DNA of 63,711 nt, counting the filler, from Reclinomonas americana ATCC 50394 (Eukaryota): assembly GCA_048213135.1 (NCBI GenBank). It is 9 parts of 5 records of this genome, joined end to end, with 100 filler letters (N's around TTAATTAATTAA, not from the genome) between each part and the next. Parts side by side here need not be neighbours in the genome. Positions count along the whole stretch, not along the records: positions 47,099 to 57,372 come from PS015178.1; positions 57,473 to 59,780 come from PS015179.1; positions 59,881 to 62,328 come from PS015179.1; positions 62,429 to 63,711 come from PS015181.1; 5 more parts are not named here. The stretch is one strand, 5' to 3'. Position 1 is the first letter of the stretch; each line of letters begins with the position of its first letter. This document shows, piece by piece, positions 51,698 to 63,686 of the stretch. Below the pieces are notes generated by a model. The model saw only the letters and a program-made list of their open reading frames with translations, ran no database searches and was not told the DNA's origin. The translations under genes were made by a program, and so were the position numbers.

Positions 51698-52059
51698 CGC
51701 ATCAACACACGACGATTGATATTGTTGATGAAATTGCGGCGCGCGACGTAGATCCACGACGTCACGAGCGAGGTGTGAAGGGAAAAGAGCACGCAGATGG
51801 CACACGCACGCACGCGCGTAAGTGCAGTTGGCAAGTCGCACGCGTTTCCGAGATTCGCGCGTGCCAGTGCGCGACGTCGACGTTCGATAATTTTACACAA
51901 TTTCTGTGCGGCGCCAATCCTCCACGCGGCGCTGTTGCTGCCGTCTGCCTGCACCACTCCATGGAAAGCCACTCGCCCGCAACGGCAAAGTCCGGAACGA
52001 TCATCATTTTGGGGGGGTCGATATCGACGGGACGATCAATCCATCGTTCTCGCATTCGC

Positions 52060-53008
52060 ATGTTTGTGAGAGGGGTGACCGCCGCATGGCGGCGCTTCGT
52101 GTTCCCTCCATTCCCCTCATCGCTGAGCAAGCAAAGGCACACGTTGCCGGCGGTCGTCGCCTCCTCCGCATCGCCTCCACAATCCTCCTCGTCATCATCA
52201 TCTTCATCATCAGCAGCGACCGCGGGCGGAGTTGACGCCGGTGGCCATGTCCGTCGCCGCCACTTGTGGGTCGCCTCTGCAGCGCCTGGGCGACCTATTG
52301 TTGACACAGAGCATGCACTGCTCTCATCATCGTCGTCGACGGCGTCGGCGACGCATGAGCTGCACAATCATCATCAGCTGCATCTCTTACCAAGGTGAAT
52401 AGCACATCAGTTTCGCGCGCATGCGTGTGTGTGTGTCTCGACTGCTCTCCATGCGAGTCGACACGCAGCCACACGCAGAGCGCGCGCACAATGAGTGCAT
52501 GTGCGCGCGCGTGTGTGTGTGTGTGTTGTTCGCGCAATGTCGACTGGTGCGCTCACTCTTCTTTTGTGTATTCTCGCAGCTCATCGCCGCCTGCGCCTGC
52601 GCACTGGGGCAGTGGTGTGTCGATTGCCAGTGTGTCTGCATATGTCGCACACGCCAAGGCCCTGCTTTCGGCGTATGGCAAGGTCGGCTTGTTGTGCTAC
52701 ACGGCGTGTTCGGTCGCCTCCCTCGCCACCTCGTGTGCACTGGTGCACTATGCGTCATTAGGTGAGTGAGGCGCCTCTGTCTGTGTCTACGTGTGCGCCG
52801 CCTTGTCTGACTTGCGCGCGTGTGTTGTGCATCAGACTTTGTGTCGGCAATGTTGCCTGCAGCAGTGCTGCCGGCGACGGGCACGGCGGCGTCTACGTTT
52901 GCCACTGCGTACATCTTGCACAAGATGACAATGCCGTTGCGGTTGCCGTTGGCGCTGGCCATTACACCGCCTGTGTCGCGCTGGTGGAATCGAATCCCCA
53001 GGAGGTGA
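52060..53008 (+). CDS. FAM210/DUF1279-family membrane protein, probably mitochondrial
   Basis: Exons 52060-52394, 52580-52761 and 52836-53008 splice in phase. Motifs KALLSAYGKVGLLCY and STFATAYILHKMTMPLRLPLALAITP; Arg-rich presequence-like N-terminus. Confidence 0.8.
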
Positions 53009-54055
53009 TCGATTGCTTCGTGTTGTTCTTCTTCTGTGCTGTGTCTTTGGTGGTGCCGTGCCATTTGGGGTGCAACGGCCCGCCGGACGCCGCAGACACA
53101 CGCATCGCGTGTGTGTGGAGGGCTTGGTCCTTCCCTTACTGTCTTTTTATGTTCTTTTACTCTCTGTTGTTTGCACGAGAATAGCACACATTAAGTATTG
53201 TTGCTCTTCTCCCACCTCCTTCTTCTTCTCCTCTCTCGTCTGTTGTATCAAGTAGTAGATGATCGCTCGCACTCTCTCTCTTTCTGCCCTCGATGTCGAG
53301 GAGAAATCAGTGAAAGAGATTCCGAGGTTTGGTGGAAAAGGTGGTGGTGGCATGGGGGGTGGTGGTGCTGGTTTTGTGCTCGGGATTGATTCTCCTGTCG
53401 GGGGTGCGTGTGGCAGAAGTATCTGTCATGAGGGGCAAGCAGTGGGGCGGAGGATTTCGAGAAGTAGTCATGGCGACTGGTGCATCGCAGCAGTCCGCTG
53501 GTTTCTCGAACGCGCTCCAGTATGCCAACTCGTAGGAGTGGAGCGGTGCTGCGATGCAGCAGTCGCCGGCATGCATAGGCAAGGGAAAGCAGCAGGCGAT
53601 GAGGGCAGAACCTCTGCACAAGTAGCGACAAGTTGGGCACTGCAATTGGCATCGTGGTTTGTGAAGAAACCAGGTTGAGCTTGTCATCAAGACAGCTGTT
53701 TCTTGTTTGTTGGTGAATGAATTGTTGTTGTTAGCACTGTAGACATCGTTTGTGATGAAGCTGAACAAAAGAGAGCATGCTAGATCGCAGTTCTCGACTC
53801 ATTCAACAGCTCTGGGTGGTGTTTCTCGATGTCACAGCTGCATTCTTGTCGTGCTGTTGGTAAGGGTGACGGCGTGTGCACAAGCCAACTTTGATACTCG
53901 TGTGTGTGTGAGGATGCCCTCCCTGCTGCCCTGTCCGAATAAACTCAAGGGGTGCACCATTTCACTGCAGCCGCCACCGGGGAACACACGTTGCTCCGTC
54001 GACGACGACAGCAGCAAGACAGACATACAACCAACAAAAAACAACCAGCGGTAGG

Positions 54056-54558
54056 TTACTCGCCACCGCGCAGCATCGTCGGCTCCTCCTCGCCCTTGAT
54101 CGACACGTTGAAGTTGATGCTGCAGGAGGAGGAGTCAGCACCGGTATGTCCGTTTTTTCCATCAACAACAAACAAACACGAACCAAGAGATGACGTTGCC
54201 GCTCTGGTCCTTGCCGATGGCTGCGAGACACACAAGGTCAGCGATGTGCACAAAGAGCACAAGCAATCAACACAAACACACCCTGGCCCTTGAACGGTCC
54301 CGAGATCGGGAGTCCGGGGATCTCATCCGACACGGTGCGCGAGTACGGGCCCTGCAGAGCACAACGAGAACGTGAGTGGATGGGGACACGAGGAGAAGAG
54401 AAGAATAGAGAAGAGACGCAACAGCCTTGATCGGGCACGGGTTGTAGGGAGCAATGGTGCTGCAGAGATCGACAGTCTTGTCCAGCACCTTGATGTTGAA
54501 CGGGCCGCGCACCTCAATGTGCAGGTTGCCGCCGCTAATGTCCTTCTTCAGAGTGCCA
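54056..54558 (-). CDS. ML (MD-2/NPC2-like lipid-recognition) domain protein, 3' half
   Basis: Four exons: GTLKKDISGG...DLC....PCPIKA|GPYSRTVSDEIP...GPFKGQ|AIGKDQSGNVISC|INFNV...GGE*. Confidence 0.8.
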
Positions 54559-54826
54559 CTGTGCACGCAGGGAAAAAGAACGTGAATAGAACTGCAAGCA
54601 CNNNNNNNNNNNNNNNNNNNNNNNNNNNNNNNNNNNNNNNNNNNNNNNNNNNNNNNNNNNNNNNNNNNNNNNNNNNNNNNNNNNNNNNNNNNNNNNNNNN
54701 NNNNNNNNNNNNNNNNNNNNNNNNNNNNNNNNNNNNNNNNNNNNNNNNNNNNNNNNNNNNNNNNNNNNNNNNNNNNNNNNNNNNNNNNNNNNNNNNNNNN
54801 NNNNNNNNNNNTAAGTGACAACGCAC

Positions 54827-55227
54827 CAAGTGTGGCCACAGGCATGCGCGAGTTGAGATAGTTGCGTCGCTCTGTGCTCAGCTGCTCGTCAAGCTTCTCA
54901 ATCTGCGTCTGCTGCGATCGCAGTTGCAGGCGGAGGAGCGTAATCACTTTCGACTGCGCGATGGCAAGAAGAAGGGTGAGAGACAAGGAAAATGATAAAA
55001 ACACAGGCAAGAACACACAGCGTACCGCGTCGCTCTCCACCGCGTTGCCATCGACATCCATCGATCTGCCGTTACAATTAAAACACCATGAACAACACCT
55101 GTCTCTCGCTCTTTGCGCGCGTGTTCTTCACAGTGAGTGGGACTTACTTGGACGCGCCTCGGCGGTACCAGCTGCGCACTGTTTTCTGCTTCTTCTCCGG
55201 CGCATCACCGCCTGCGCTCGCTTCCAT
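54827..55227 (-). CDS. Coiled-coil protein, 5' half, on an apparently flipped contig
   Basis: Three exons: MEASAGGDAPEKK...|SMDVDGNAVESDA|SKVITLLRLQLRSQQ...PVATL, ending at a phase-1 donor at 54826. Confidence 0.65.
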
Positions 55228-55797
55228 TTGCCTTTTCTCGCGAGTTGCCACAAAGCTCCGTTCACCCACTCGGACGGTGGACTATCGCAGTTTTTTCCGG
55301 TCGCTCGGTGAGTTGACTCTTTGCGTTTTTTTGCATGTTTTCGCGTGCGTGTGTGTCTCCGTCTGCATGTGTGTTTGTTTGTGCGTGTGCGGGGTGTTAT
55401 TGGCAACTCCCGTCTGATTTGTCTAGTTTTTCAGTGCGTGTTCATTCTTGCGTGCTGTGTCTCTTGTGTGTGTGTGCGTGTGCGGCGCACATACAGGTCG
55501 AAGTGAGGGCGAGTTTGTTGCTCTGCTCGTGTGCATGCGTGTGTGCGGTTGTGTGTTCGGCGTTGCGCGACATTTCTCCGTCTCTCCTCAGGGCTCTCCC
55601 CTCCCCCTTGCTCCCCCCTCTCCTCTTTTGCGCTGCTCCAGATCCTCTCCCTTGTGCCACGCTATTACACGCCTCCTCAATGCATGAGCACGTGTCTCTT
55701 TCTCTTCTCTCTGCGTGTGGGCGGAAAAATGGTGCGTGTGATTGCCGCACATGGCGCTGACCCCCAGCCCCCTCTCCTCTACACACAGCTCACACAA

Positions 55798-56060
55798 ATG
55801 ACTCGCTCACTGTTCATTATCCTCGGTGAGTCATGGCCAGCGTGTGTGCCGCACGCGCACTGATCCCGCACTCACACTGATTTTCGTCACACCACAGGCG
55901 CCATGATGGCGATGTTTATGATGGCCAACCTGGTCGTTGGCTCCAACGACTTCACCGTGTGCACCTCGCCCGACCCAAGCACATACGATTTCGAGATCTC
56001 CACCCTCGACATCAACCCCGACCCGCCGCGCCAGCACCAGAACGTGACGGTCACTGTGTC
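55798..56060 (+). CDS. ML-domain protein, 5' half (signal peptide), on an apparently flipped contig
   Basis: MTRSLFIILGAMMAMFMMANLVVG...FTVC...ISTLDINPDPPRQHQNVTVTVS. The phase-2 donor at 56061 matches the acceptor before 54558 on the minus strand. Confidence 0.8.
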
Positions 56061-56804
56061 GTTGAGTAATCAGGAATGCATTCCTGCNNNNNNNNNNNNN
56101 NNNNNNNNNNNNNNNNNNNNNNNNNNNNNNNNNNNNNNNNNNNNNNNNNNNNNNNNNNNNNNNNNNNNNNNNNNNNNNNNNNNNNNNNNNNNNNNNNNNN
56201 NNNNNNNNNNNNNNNNNNNNNNNNNNNNNNNNNNNNNNNNNNNNNNNNNNNNNNNNNNNNNNNNNNNNNNNNNNNNNNNNNNNNNNNNNNNNNNNNNNNN
56301 NNNNNNNNNNNNNNNNNNNNNNNNNNNNNNNNNNNNNNNNNNNNNNNNNNNNNNNNNNNNNNNNNNNNNNNNNNNNNNNNNNNNNNNNNNNNNNNNNNNN
56401 NNNNNNNNNNNNNNNNNNNNNNNNNNNNNNNNNNNNNNNNNNNNNNNNNNNNNNNNNNNNNNNNNNNNNNNNNNNNNNNNNNNNNNNNNNNNNNNNNNNN
56501 NNNNNNNNNNNNNNNNNNNNNNNNNNNNNNNNNNNNNNNNNNNNNNNNNNNNNNNNNNNNNNNNNNNNNNNNNNNNNNNNNNNNNNNNNNNNNNNNNNNN
56601 NNNNNNNNNNNNNNNNNNNNNNNNNNNNNNNNNNNNNNNNNNNNNNNNNNNNNNNNNNNNNNNNNNNNNNNNNNNNNNNNNNTAGAGGCGCACACAGAGT
56701 GAGAGGGACAACTAGCACGTCTCTCCTGTGTACTCTCTCACTCTCTCTCTCTCTCTCTCCCTCCCTCCCTCTCCCTCCTTTGCTCACTCTCCCCCCATGG
56801 CCAG

Positions 56805-57372
56805 GCCACACCCTCACTGTGACGCGTCAACGACTGAGCGAGGAGGAGCACAAGAACGGCGAGCTGACACGTCGGCTCAGCGAACTGGAGGCGGAGGTGG
56901 CCAAGTGGAAGCGCCGTGCCACCAAGCACGCTGCGTCGGGCGACTCGGCCATCTCCGAAATCGAGTTCTCCAGTATCGACGAGGTCCGTCCGTCATGCCC
57001 TTCTTCTTCTTCTCCTTCTCCTTTTTTCCCGTCGCACCAACGACGCACCATGCGGTAGATTCGTGAACTGGCCGGCGAGTACCGCAACGCCAGAGAGCAG
57101 GTGTCGACCTTGGAACGGGAGCTGATCATGGTGCGACAGTCGGCGTCGGCGCGAGAGGTCGAGATGACGGCGCAGCTGGCGCGAGAGACTGCGGCTCGCG
57201 ACGAGAAGCTGATGCAGAACGAGCAGCGCTTGTCGGCACTGCGTACTGCGCTGAAGGAGGCCAACGCCAAGTCGGCGCAGTGGGAGGAGCGGTGCAAATC
57301 GTTGGAGGCCACGGTTGGGGAGCTGCGGCAGCTGGTGGCCTCGTCGAGTGCGGCCAATGCCAATGTGAGGGC
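56805..57372 (+). CDS. Coiled-coil protein, continuation (3'-partial)
   Basis: Phase-1 acceptor at 56804, then GHTLTVTRQRLSEEEHKNGELTRRLSELE... with a heptad pattern. Confidence 0.65.
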
Positions 57373-57471
57373 NNNNNNNNNNNNNNNNNNNNNNNNNNNN
57401 NNNNNNNNNNNNNNNNTTAATTAATTAANNNNNNNNNNNNNNNNNNNNNNNNNNNNNNNNNNNNNNNNNNN

Positions 57472-58555
57472 NGGGCACGCCCCTCGTCGAGATGCGCCTT
57501 GGCGAGGTCGGCCACGTGATACACCACTTGCCGCAACTCTTCCGAGTCCTCGCCGCGGAACACGCTCTCTTCGGTGACCTTGAACTGCGCAGAGAGTAAG
57601 AGAGAGGGCTGACGCCAACGCACGGCAGCGCATCGCACCGCACCTTTTTCGTCAGTGTCGACGGCAAGTACAGTCTCCGCTTCGACGCGTGATACAGCGT
57701 CGCGCGCAGCAGCACCGACATGCCGATCGCCTGCCCTACGTGACTGGCCGCCATTTTCGCCTCCTCCGACAGCCCAAACAGATGCCGCGACTCGGCCTGT
57801 GCACACACACACCCCAACGAAAAGATCAGCACGCACGCACGCATGCACAGCAGCGAGTAGGGACAGACAGACGAACCGAAACAGGCAAGGTGGGATTTCG
57901 TCGCAACGTCTGCATACTCAAGTACAACAACGACGAGGTGGTGGCCTCGGTGAAGTTCTCCAGCGACGACAAGTCCGCCGGTTGCTTCCCCGCCAAGTCC
58001 TCTGTCTGCATCAACGCAAAAAGTCAGCCAAGCAACCATGCAACAACAGGAACTGCAAAAAAAAAAAAACACAACTCGGTGATGCAAAATGCGATCAAAC
58101 AACGATCGCGACAAGCCGTACTCGCCCACCACGTGCGCCAACGCGCGAGCAATGGGCTGATTGGGCGGCTGCCCTGCAAAGCACTGGTCGAGTGTGTCAC
58201 GCCACCATTTCATCCGCAGTGCGCCCAGTGTCGGATCCGACACAAGCTCCGGCACAGTGGTGACTGCCACATTGAAGGCACGCAGCGCAAAGAGCGCGTG
58301 TCGTTGGGCGGCAGGAGCAATCAGTGCACAGACATAGTTTTCCCAGTCGCGCTTCCTGTGTGCGTGTCAGGGTGAGAGAGGAGGGTGTGAGTGTGTGTGT
58401 GTGCATGCAGGTAACTTTGTCTCTTCCACGCAGTAGGTAAAGGCGGCATCGTCGGCGCAGTATAGTGAGGATGCGGAGGCGGAGGTGGTGGCGGGTGAGG
58501 TGCTGAAGAGTCTTTGTGTGGTGAACCACAGTCGTCTTGTCGTTGAGAGCCTCAT
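57472..58555 (-). CDS. NDUFAF6: NADH dehydrogenase complex I assembly factor 6 (squalene/phytoene synthase fold), 3'-partial
   Basis: Spliced: YCVEETKKRDWENYVCAL...ALFALRAFNV...LRMKWWRD...PPNQPIARAL...AASHVGQAIG...RRLYLP...LADLAKAHL-like helix; mitochondrial presequence-like N-terminus. Confidence 0.88.
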
Positions 58556-58611
58556 TTCTGTGATGCGCAAGGACGATCGACGCGAGGAGTTGTCTGCGAC
58601 GTTCGTTGTCT

Positions 58612-59691
58612 TTACTCAAGGCACCGATGCAGCACTACGGCTGCATCCTCCACGATGAAACACCGCAGCACCATGTCGGGCAAACAGCGCGAATCCGTCT
58701 CCGCCTTCTCCTCAAGCTCTTGCATCTCGCGCACGCGCTGCATGGCTGCGCGTGCACTCTGCAGCTCCAGTTGCGCGAGCCCACGCAGAGTGGACCACAC
58801 TCGCAACGTGCGATCCCAGCTGCCGGTTACAATGTGCTGCCCGTCGGCGGTGACGGCCACGCACCGCACTGCGCTGGTGTGCCCCTCCAATCGCTGCACC
58901 TCCTCGTCGCCGCTGCCGCTCGCCAGCGACCAGACGCGCGCCGTCTTGTCTTCGCTTCCACTCACAAAGTACTGCGCGTCGGGAGCAACAGCAAGCGCCA
59001 GGATGCGGCCCCCAGCGCCGGCGGCACGCCCTCCGAATCGTCGCACTTCTCCACCACCACTGCTGCCTCCGCGGAGATCCCACATGTGAATCGCGCAGTT
59101 GCGGGTTCCACTGAACGCGTGCGCTCCATCGGGAGTCACCGCAACGCAAAACACCAGCCCACTGTGTCCATCGAACCGCTGCACCTCGTCACCCGTGGCC
59201 ACCGACCACACGCGCACAGTGCCATCATCGCTGCCACTGACGATGTGCTGGCCATCGCGAGTGACGGCGACAGACCACACGGCGTCGGTGTGTCCCTCCA
59301 GCACGCGCGGTTCGTCATTCTTGCCAGCCGCCAGCAACCACACTCGCACGGTGCAATCCCAGCTGCCACTCACGATTCGCTGGCCGTCGGGAGAGTGATG
59401 GCCACGGACGACACCGACCACGTGTGTCCGCGCATCCGTCGCACACTCTTTCCGCTCTCCAACGAATGCACACGCACGGTCTTGTCTCCGCTGCCACTCA
59501 CTACATGCTGGCCATCGGGGGTGACGGCGACCGAAGTCACCACACCGCTGTGGCCTCCAAACTGGCGCACCTCCCTGCCCGTGGCCAGCGACCACACGCG
59601 CACTGTTTTGTCGTCACTGCCGCTGACAATGTGCTGGCCGTCGGGGGTGATGGCGACGGAGGACACGAGGTCGTAGTGGCCATGCAGGCAC
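58612..59691 (-). CDS. WD40-repeat protein with highly similar repeats; one apparent frameshift near 59393; 5'-partial
   Basis: About seven GH...VAVTPDGQHIVSGSDDKTVRVW repeats across two frames; an extra CT in ATC ACT CT CCC GAC. Confidence 0.85.
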
Positions 59692-59880
59692 CTGCTGGAG
59701 AAGAGGGGGTGGTGGGGGGTGTTCATCGTTGCATAGCAAGAAAATATGACTGAGGGACACGAAGTCGCCGATGATTAGGGNNNNNNNNNNNNNNNNNNNN
59801 NNNNNNNNNNNNNNNNNNNNNNNNTTAATTAATTAANNNNNNNNNNNNNNNNNNNNNNNNNNNNNNNNNNNNNNNNNNNN

Positions 59881-61111
59881 GAATCCGCTCACTGTCGGCC
59901 ACCACACGCCGCCAATGTTCCTCGGCCTCGGCGTACTTGCCGGAAGACAGCAAAGTCAATGCGAGGTTGTGGCGACTGGTGATGGTGTCTGGATGGTCGT
60001 CTCCAAGAACCCTCTCACGATCGGCCACCACACGCCGTCCCGCCACCTCGGCTTCGGCATACTTGCCAGCAGACCAGAGAGTTGACACCAAGTTGTGGCG
60101 ACTATCTGCGGTGTCTGGATGGTCCACGCCAAGAATCCGCTCACGGTCGGCCACCACACGTCGCCCAACCTCCTCGGCCTCGACCAAGTTGCCGAGCGAC
60201 TGCAGCGCAAATGCCAAGTTGTGGCGACTGACAGCGGTAGCAGGATCGTCCAATCCAAGAATCCGCTCACGATCGGCCACCACACGTCGCCCAACTTCCT
60301 CGGCCTCGGCATACTTGCCGAGCGACTGCAAAGTTGATGCCAAGTTGTGCCGACTGGAGATGGTACGAGGATGATCGACTCCCAGAACTCGCTCATTGTC
60401 CGCGATCACACGTCGTTCAATCTCCTCGGCCTCAGCATACTTGCCAGCAGACCACAGAGTTGATGCCAAGTTGGAGCGACTAACAATGGTGTCTGGATGG
60501 TCGACTCCAAGTACACGCTCATTTTTTGCCACAGCCTCTGCATGCTTGGCAAGCGAACGAGACACTGCATTTGTGGGCAACCACGCTGAATCTCCTCGGC
60601 GTCGTCATCCTTGTCAAGCAAGATAAGCGTCATCACCAAGCTCTGGCGACTGGCGACAGTGTCGGGGTGGTCGACTCCCAGAACCCGTCTCGGTCAGCCA
60701 ACACACGCCGCTCAATCTCCTCTGCCTCTTCGTACATGCCGAGAGACCAGAGAGTTGACGCCAATACGCTGCGTCTGGCCATGGAGTCTGGATGATCGGC
60801 ACCAAGAATCCTCTCACTGTCGGCCATCACGCGTCGCTCAATCTCCTCAGCCTCGGCATTCTCGCCAAGCGACAGAATTGTCGCCGCCAAGTTGTAGCAA
60901 CTGACGGCCCCAAGAATCTGCTCACTGTGGCGATGCTCGACGTCCTTCGCTTCGTCATGCTTACCAAGAGCACGTACTGTGGCCGCCAAGTTACGCCGAC
61001 TGGAGATGGTGTCTGGATGGTCAGCGCCAAGAATTCGCTCGCGGTCGGCCACCACATGCCGCTGAATATCCTCGGCCTCGGTGTACTTGCCAGCAGACTG
61101 GAGCGCTACCG
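59881..61111 (-). CDS. Kinesin-light-chain-like 42-aa TPR repeat protein; apparent 1-nt deletion near 60688; partial at both ends
   Basis: Repeats ILGxDHPDTxxSRHNLAxxLxSxGKYAEAEE; a probable 44-nt intron near 60539-60582. Confidence 0.85.
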
Positions 61112-61676
61112 NNNNNNNNNNNNNNNNNNNNGAGGAGGGGGATGAGGTGAAGTCGACCGCCAGCATATCCAGTGACTTGTGTGCCCTTCCTCCGCGCAAC
61201 TCTGTGACTTCACTTGTCAGTCATGCAATACGGTGATCTGAGTGTGTCTGTGAGAGTGACACACGCACCACGATGCTGCACCACATCATCCACATTGACG
61301 ATGGCCGTGGACATCACCGTCCTCCACATCGAGGCGGCATCTGGATGCACACGAGGCGCGTGTGAGAGAGACTAGCAAGATCAGTTCTCTTTGACGCAGG
61401 CACTCACCATCACACGGCCACAATGCAACGTGGATTGCGTCTGGCATTCTCTCGCACTTGCGATCGGTTACCTTCCCAGTCAGCAGTCCCTTGTGGGTGC
61501 GCTTGTCAGCCGGAGAAACAACTGAAGATGCGTGCATCGTACGCAGAGGCAGTGTCGATAGGGATGACTGCGACGGAGCTCGCTCGGGTGGAGTGGGCAC
61601 ACCTCGTGGTTTACCGAGTTTGCCCTGAGTGATGAGGCCGGGTGTGAGGGAGAGCGCGTTCATGAATCATCACCAC

Positions 61677-61714
<38 letters not shown>

Positions 61715-62210
61715 GCAATCTCACCATCAGTCTTCCGACTCCGCCCAGCACTCGACCTCGCCAAGCGCGCAGCGACAACATCGTGCGTGTGTACGGTGGT
61801 GGCACAGACACACGGCAATCACGGCTGTTGACGGAACACACGGAAGAGGTCTCTGTTGTCCGCCTTCAAGAAAGTGTCAGCGAAGATTCATTTTCCGAGC
61901 GCTGCGTGCAGTGCACGTGGCCACCACCCCGTGGCGTGCTGTTGAGGGTTCACATTTGAGTGGTAAAGAAGTGTACATCCAAGATGCTGCGACTCGGATG
62001 GTGAGTGACTTCGAAAGCGCAATCGCGAAGTCCCGTTGATTTGATGTGCATGAGGGCGCCGATGCGAAGGAAACGTCCGCGCAAAGCACGGAGCCATCAA
62101 CGTAAGCAGCATGCCAGTCTTTGCAACAGAACAATTCGCTTCACTTATCAGAAACTCTCAGTGGTTGCGCATGCAGGTGATTGCTCGCGATCGCTGAACA
62201 TGCCGCTCAA

Positions 62211-62328
62211 TCACTCGTCCTTGACACGTTCGCCAAGCATGAAAAGTAAGTCGCTGCGACTGGCGTTGGTGTCTGGGTGGTCGACTCCAAGAATCCGCTC
62301 ACGATCCACAACCACACGTCGTCCAATC
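62211..62328 (-). CDS. 3' end of a second (or displaced) TPR-repeat gene
   Basis: IGRRVVVDRERILGVDHPDTNASRSDLLFMLGERVKDE*, the same repeat family as 59881-61111. Confidence 0.65.
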
Positions 62329-62665
62329 NNNNNNNNNNNNNNNNNNNNNNNNNNNNNNNNNNNNNNNNNNNNTTAATTAATTAANNNNNNNNNNNNNNNN
62401 NNNNNNNNNNNNNNNNNNNNNNNNNNNNGACGACTGCCCGGACCCTGTTTCCGGTTGCGCCCTGTCCACACAGCCGGCCAACGGTCGACACACGGAAATC
62501 CTTGTGCAGGAGCCGTTGCCAGGCTTTCCGACATCGACTGCACACTACGCTTCCATTTACACGTTTCCGCAAGACAACGCTGCGGGTTGCGTTGCTGCAC
62601 ATTGGTCGAGGACGACTCTTGTGGATGTCTCTCATTCGTGACATTTGTATTTCTCTCTGTTCCAG

Positions 62666-63686
62666 ATCGTCCGCGCAGCATGAACCTCTTCCGGTCCTAC
62701 GTTCCGAACACACCCACTGGCGAGGTGGTGCGCCGTTTGCTCTTTGATGCGTTCAGGTGAGCTCGGAAGAAGAAAGTGGGAAATATTGTTTCACTTGCTT
62801 ATGTGCTTCTGTGTTGCGTGAACAGGCAGAGATTGTTGTTTCGCCTAGTCGTCGATGCCACCGAGCACCGCAGCCGTGTGGTGTGGGATGAGCTCACGCC
62901 GATTGAGACTGCCAAGGGACCGTCGCAGCCGCGACAACTCGATGAGTTGCAACAGGCGCTGTCGGTGCGGGTGGCGCTGCATGTGCCGGGATCGTCGGAG
63001 CACCGCGGTCACATGGCGTGGGATAAATCAACGCCGATTGAGTCGGCGCAGCCGCGGCAAGTAGTTGTGTCTCAGCAAGCGTCGCCGAGGCCAATGGCAC
63101 TCCACTTGTCGGATACGCCGCCGGGCGATACTGGTACAGCTGGGCGCAGCGGTGCCTTGGAGTGGACTGGGTTGGGCCCGATTGAGTCGTCGAGGGAGCC
63201 GGCACCGCTGCGACAAGTAGTTGCGTCGCAGCAAGCGCCGTTGAGGCCAATGGCACTCCACGTGTCGGAGACGCCGCCGGGCGATACTGGTACAGCTGGG
63301 CGCAGCGGCGCCTTGGAGTCCACGGGAATGGGGCCGATTGAGTCGCTGGCAACGCCGTTGGGAAACTTCGATGCGTCCGAGTACTACGGTGATTTGGTGT
63401 CTGATGTGCTGCCCGATGAGTTTGGGAGACGGCGTGTCGATATGGAGGGCATGGAGAAGGATAACGATCAACTAGCGTCGCCGGTGTTTGTGACGGCCAC
63501 TACGCCGCCGTTGCCGTCGGGCTCGGTCAATGCAGCCCTACGGGGCACCTAACGGAAGCCGGTTGCGCTGGATTTGCAAGAGGAAGAGATGGTTCGCCTT
63601 GCCGTGCGGTGGTTCCAATTGGGCGACTTCCAAGATGGGACATGCGTACGTTGCAACGGGAAATCAATGACTTCCTGCAAGAGACG
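62666..63686 (+). pseudogene. Hypothetical gene with an internal 156-nt-period duplication and an in-frame TAA at 63550
   Basis: Duplicated block RQVV.SQQA..RPMALH.S.TPPGDTGTAGRSGALE.TG.GPIES. The frame continues after the TAA to a gtgagt donor at 63687. Confidence 0.35.

Noticed and set aside
51762-52367. 201-aa minus-strand ORF
   Set aside because: Largely antisense to the first exon of the FAM210-like gene; no independent support.
61668-61712. Poly-His ORF from (CAT)n
   Set aside because: Trinucleotide microsatellite with no supporting coding context.
19656-62428. Eight TTAATTAATTAA elements as a repeat family or TTAA transposon target sites
   Set aside because: Always centred in fixed 100-nt N gaps, so an assembly linker.
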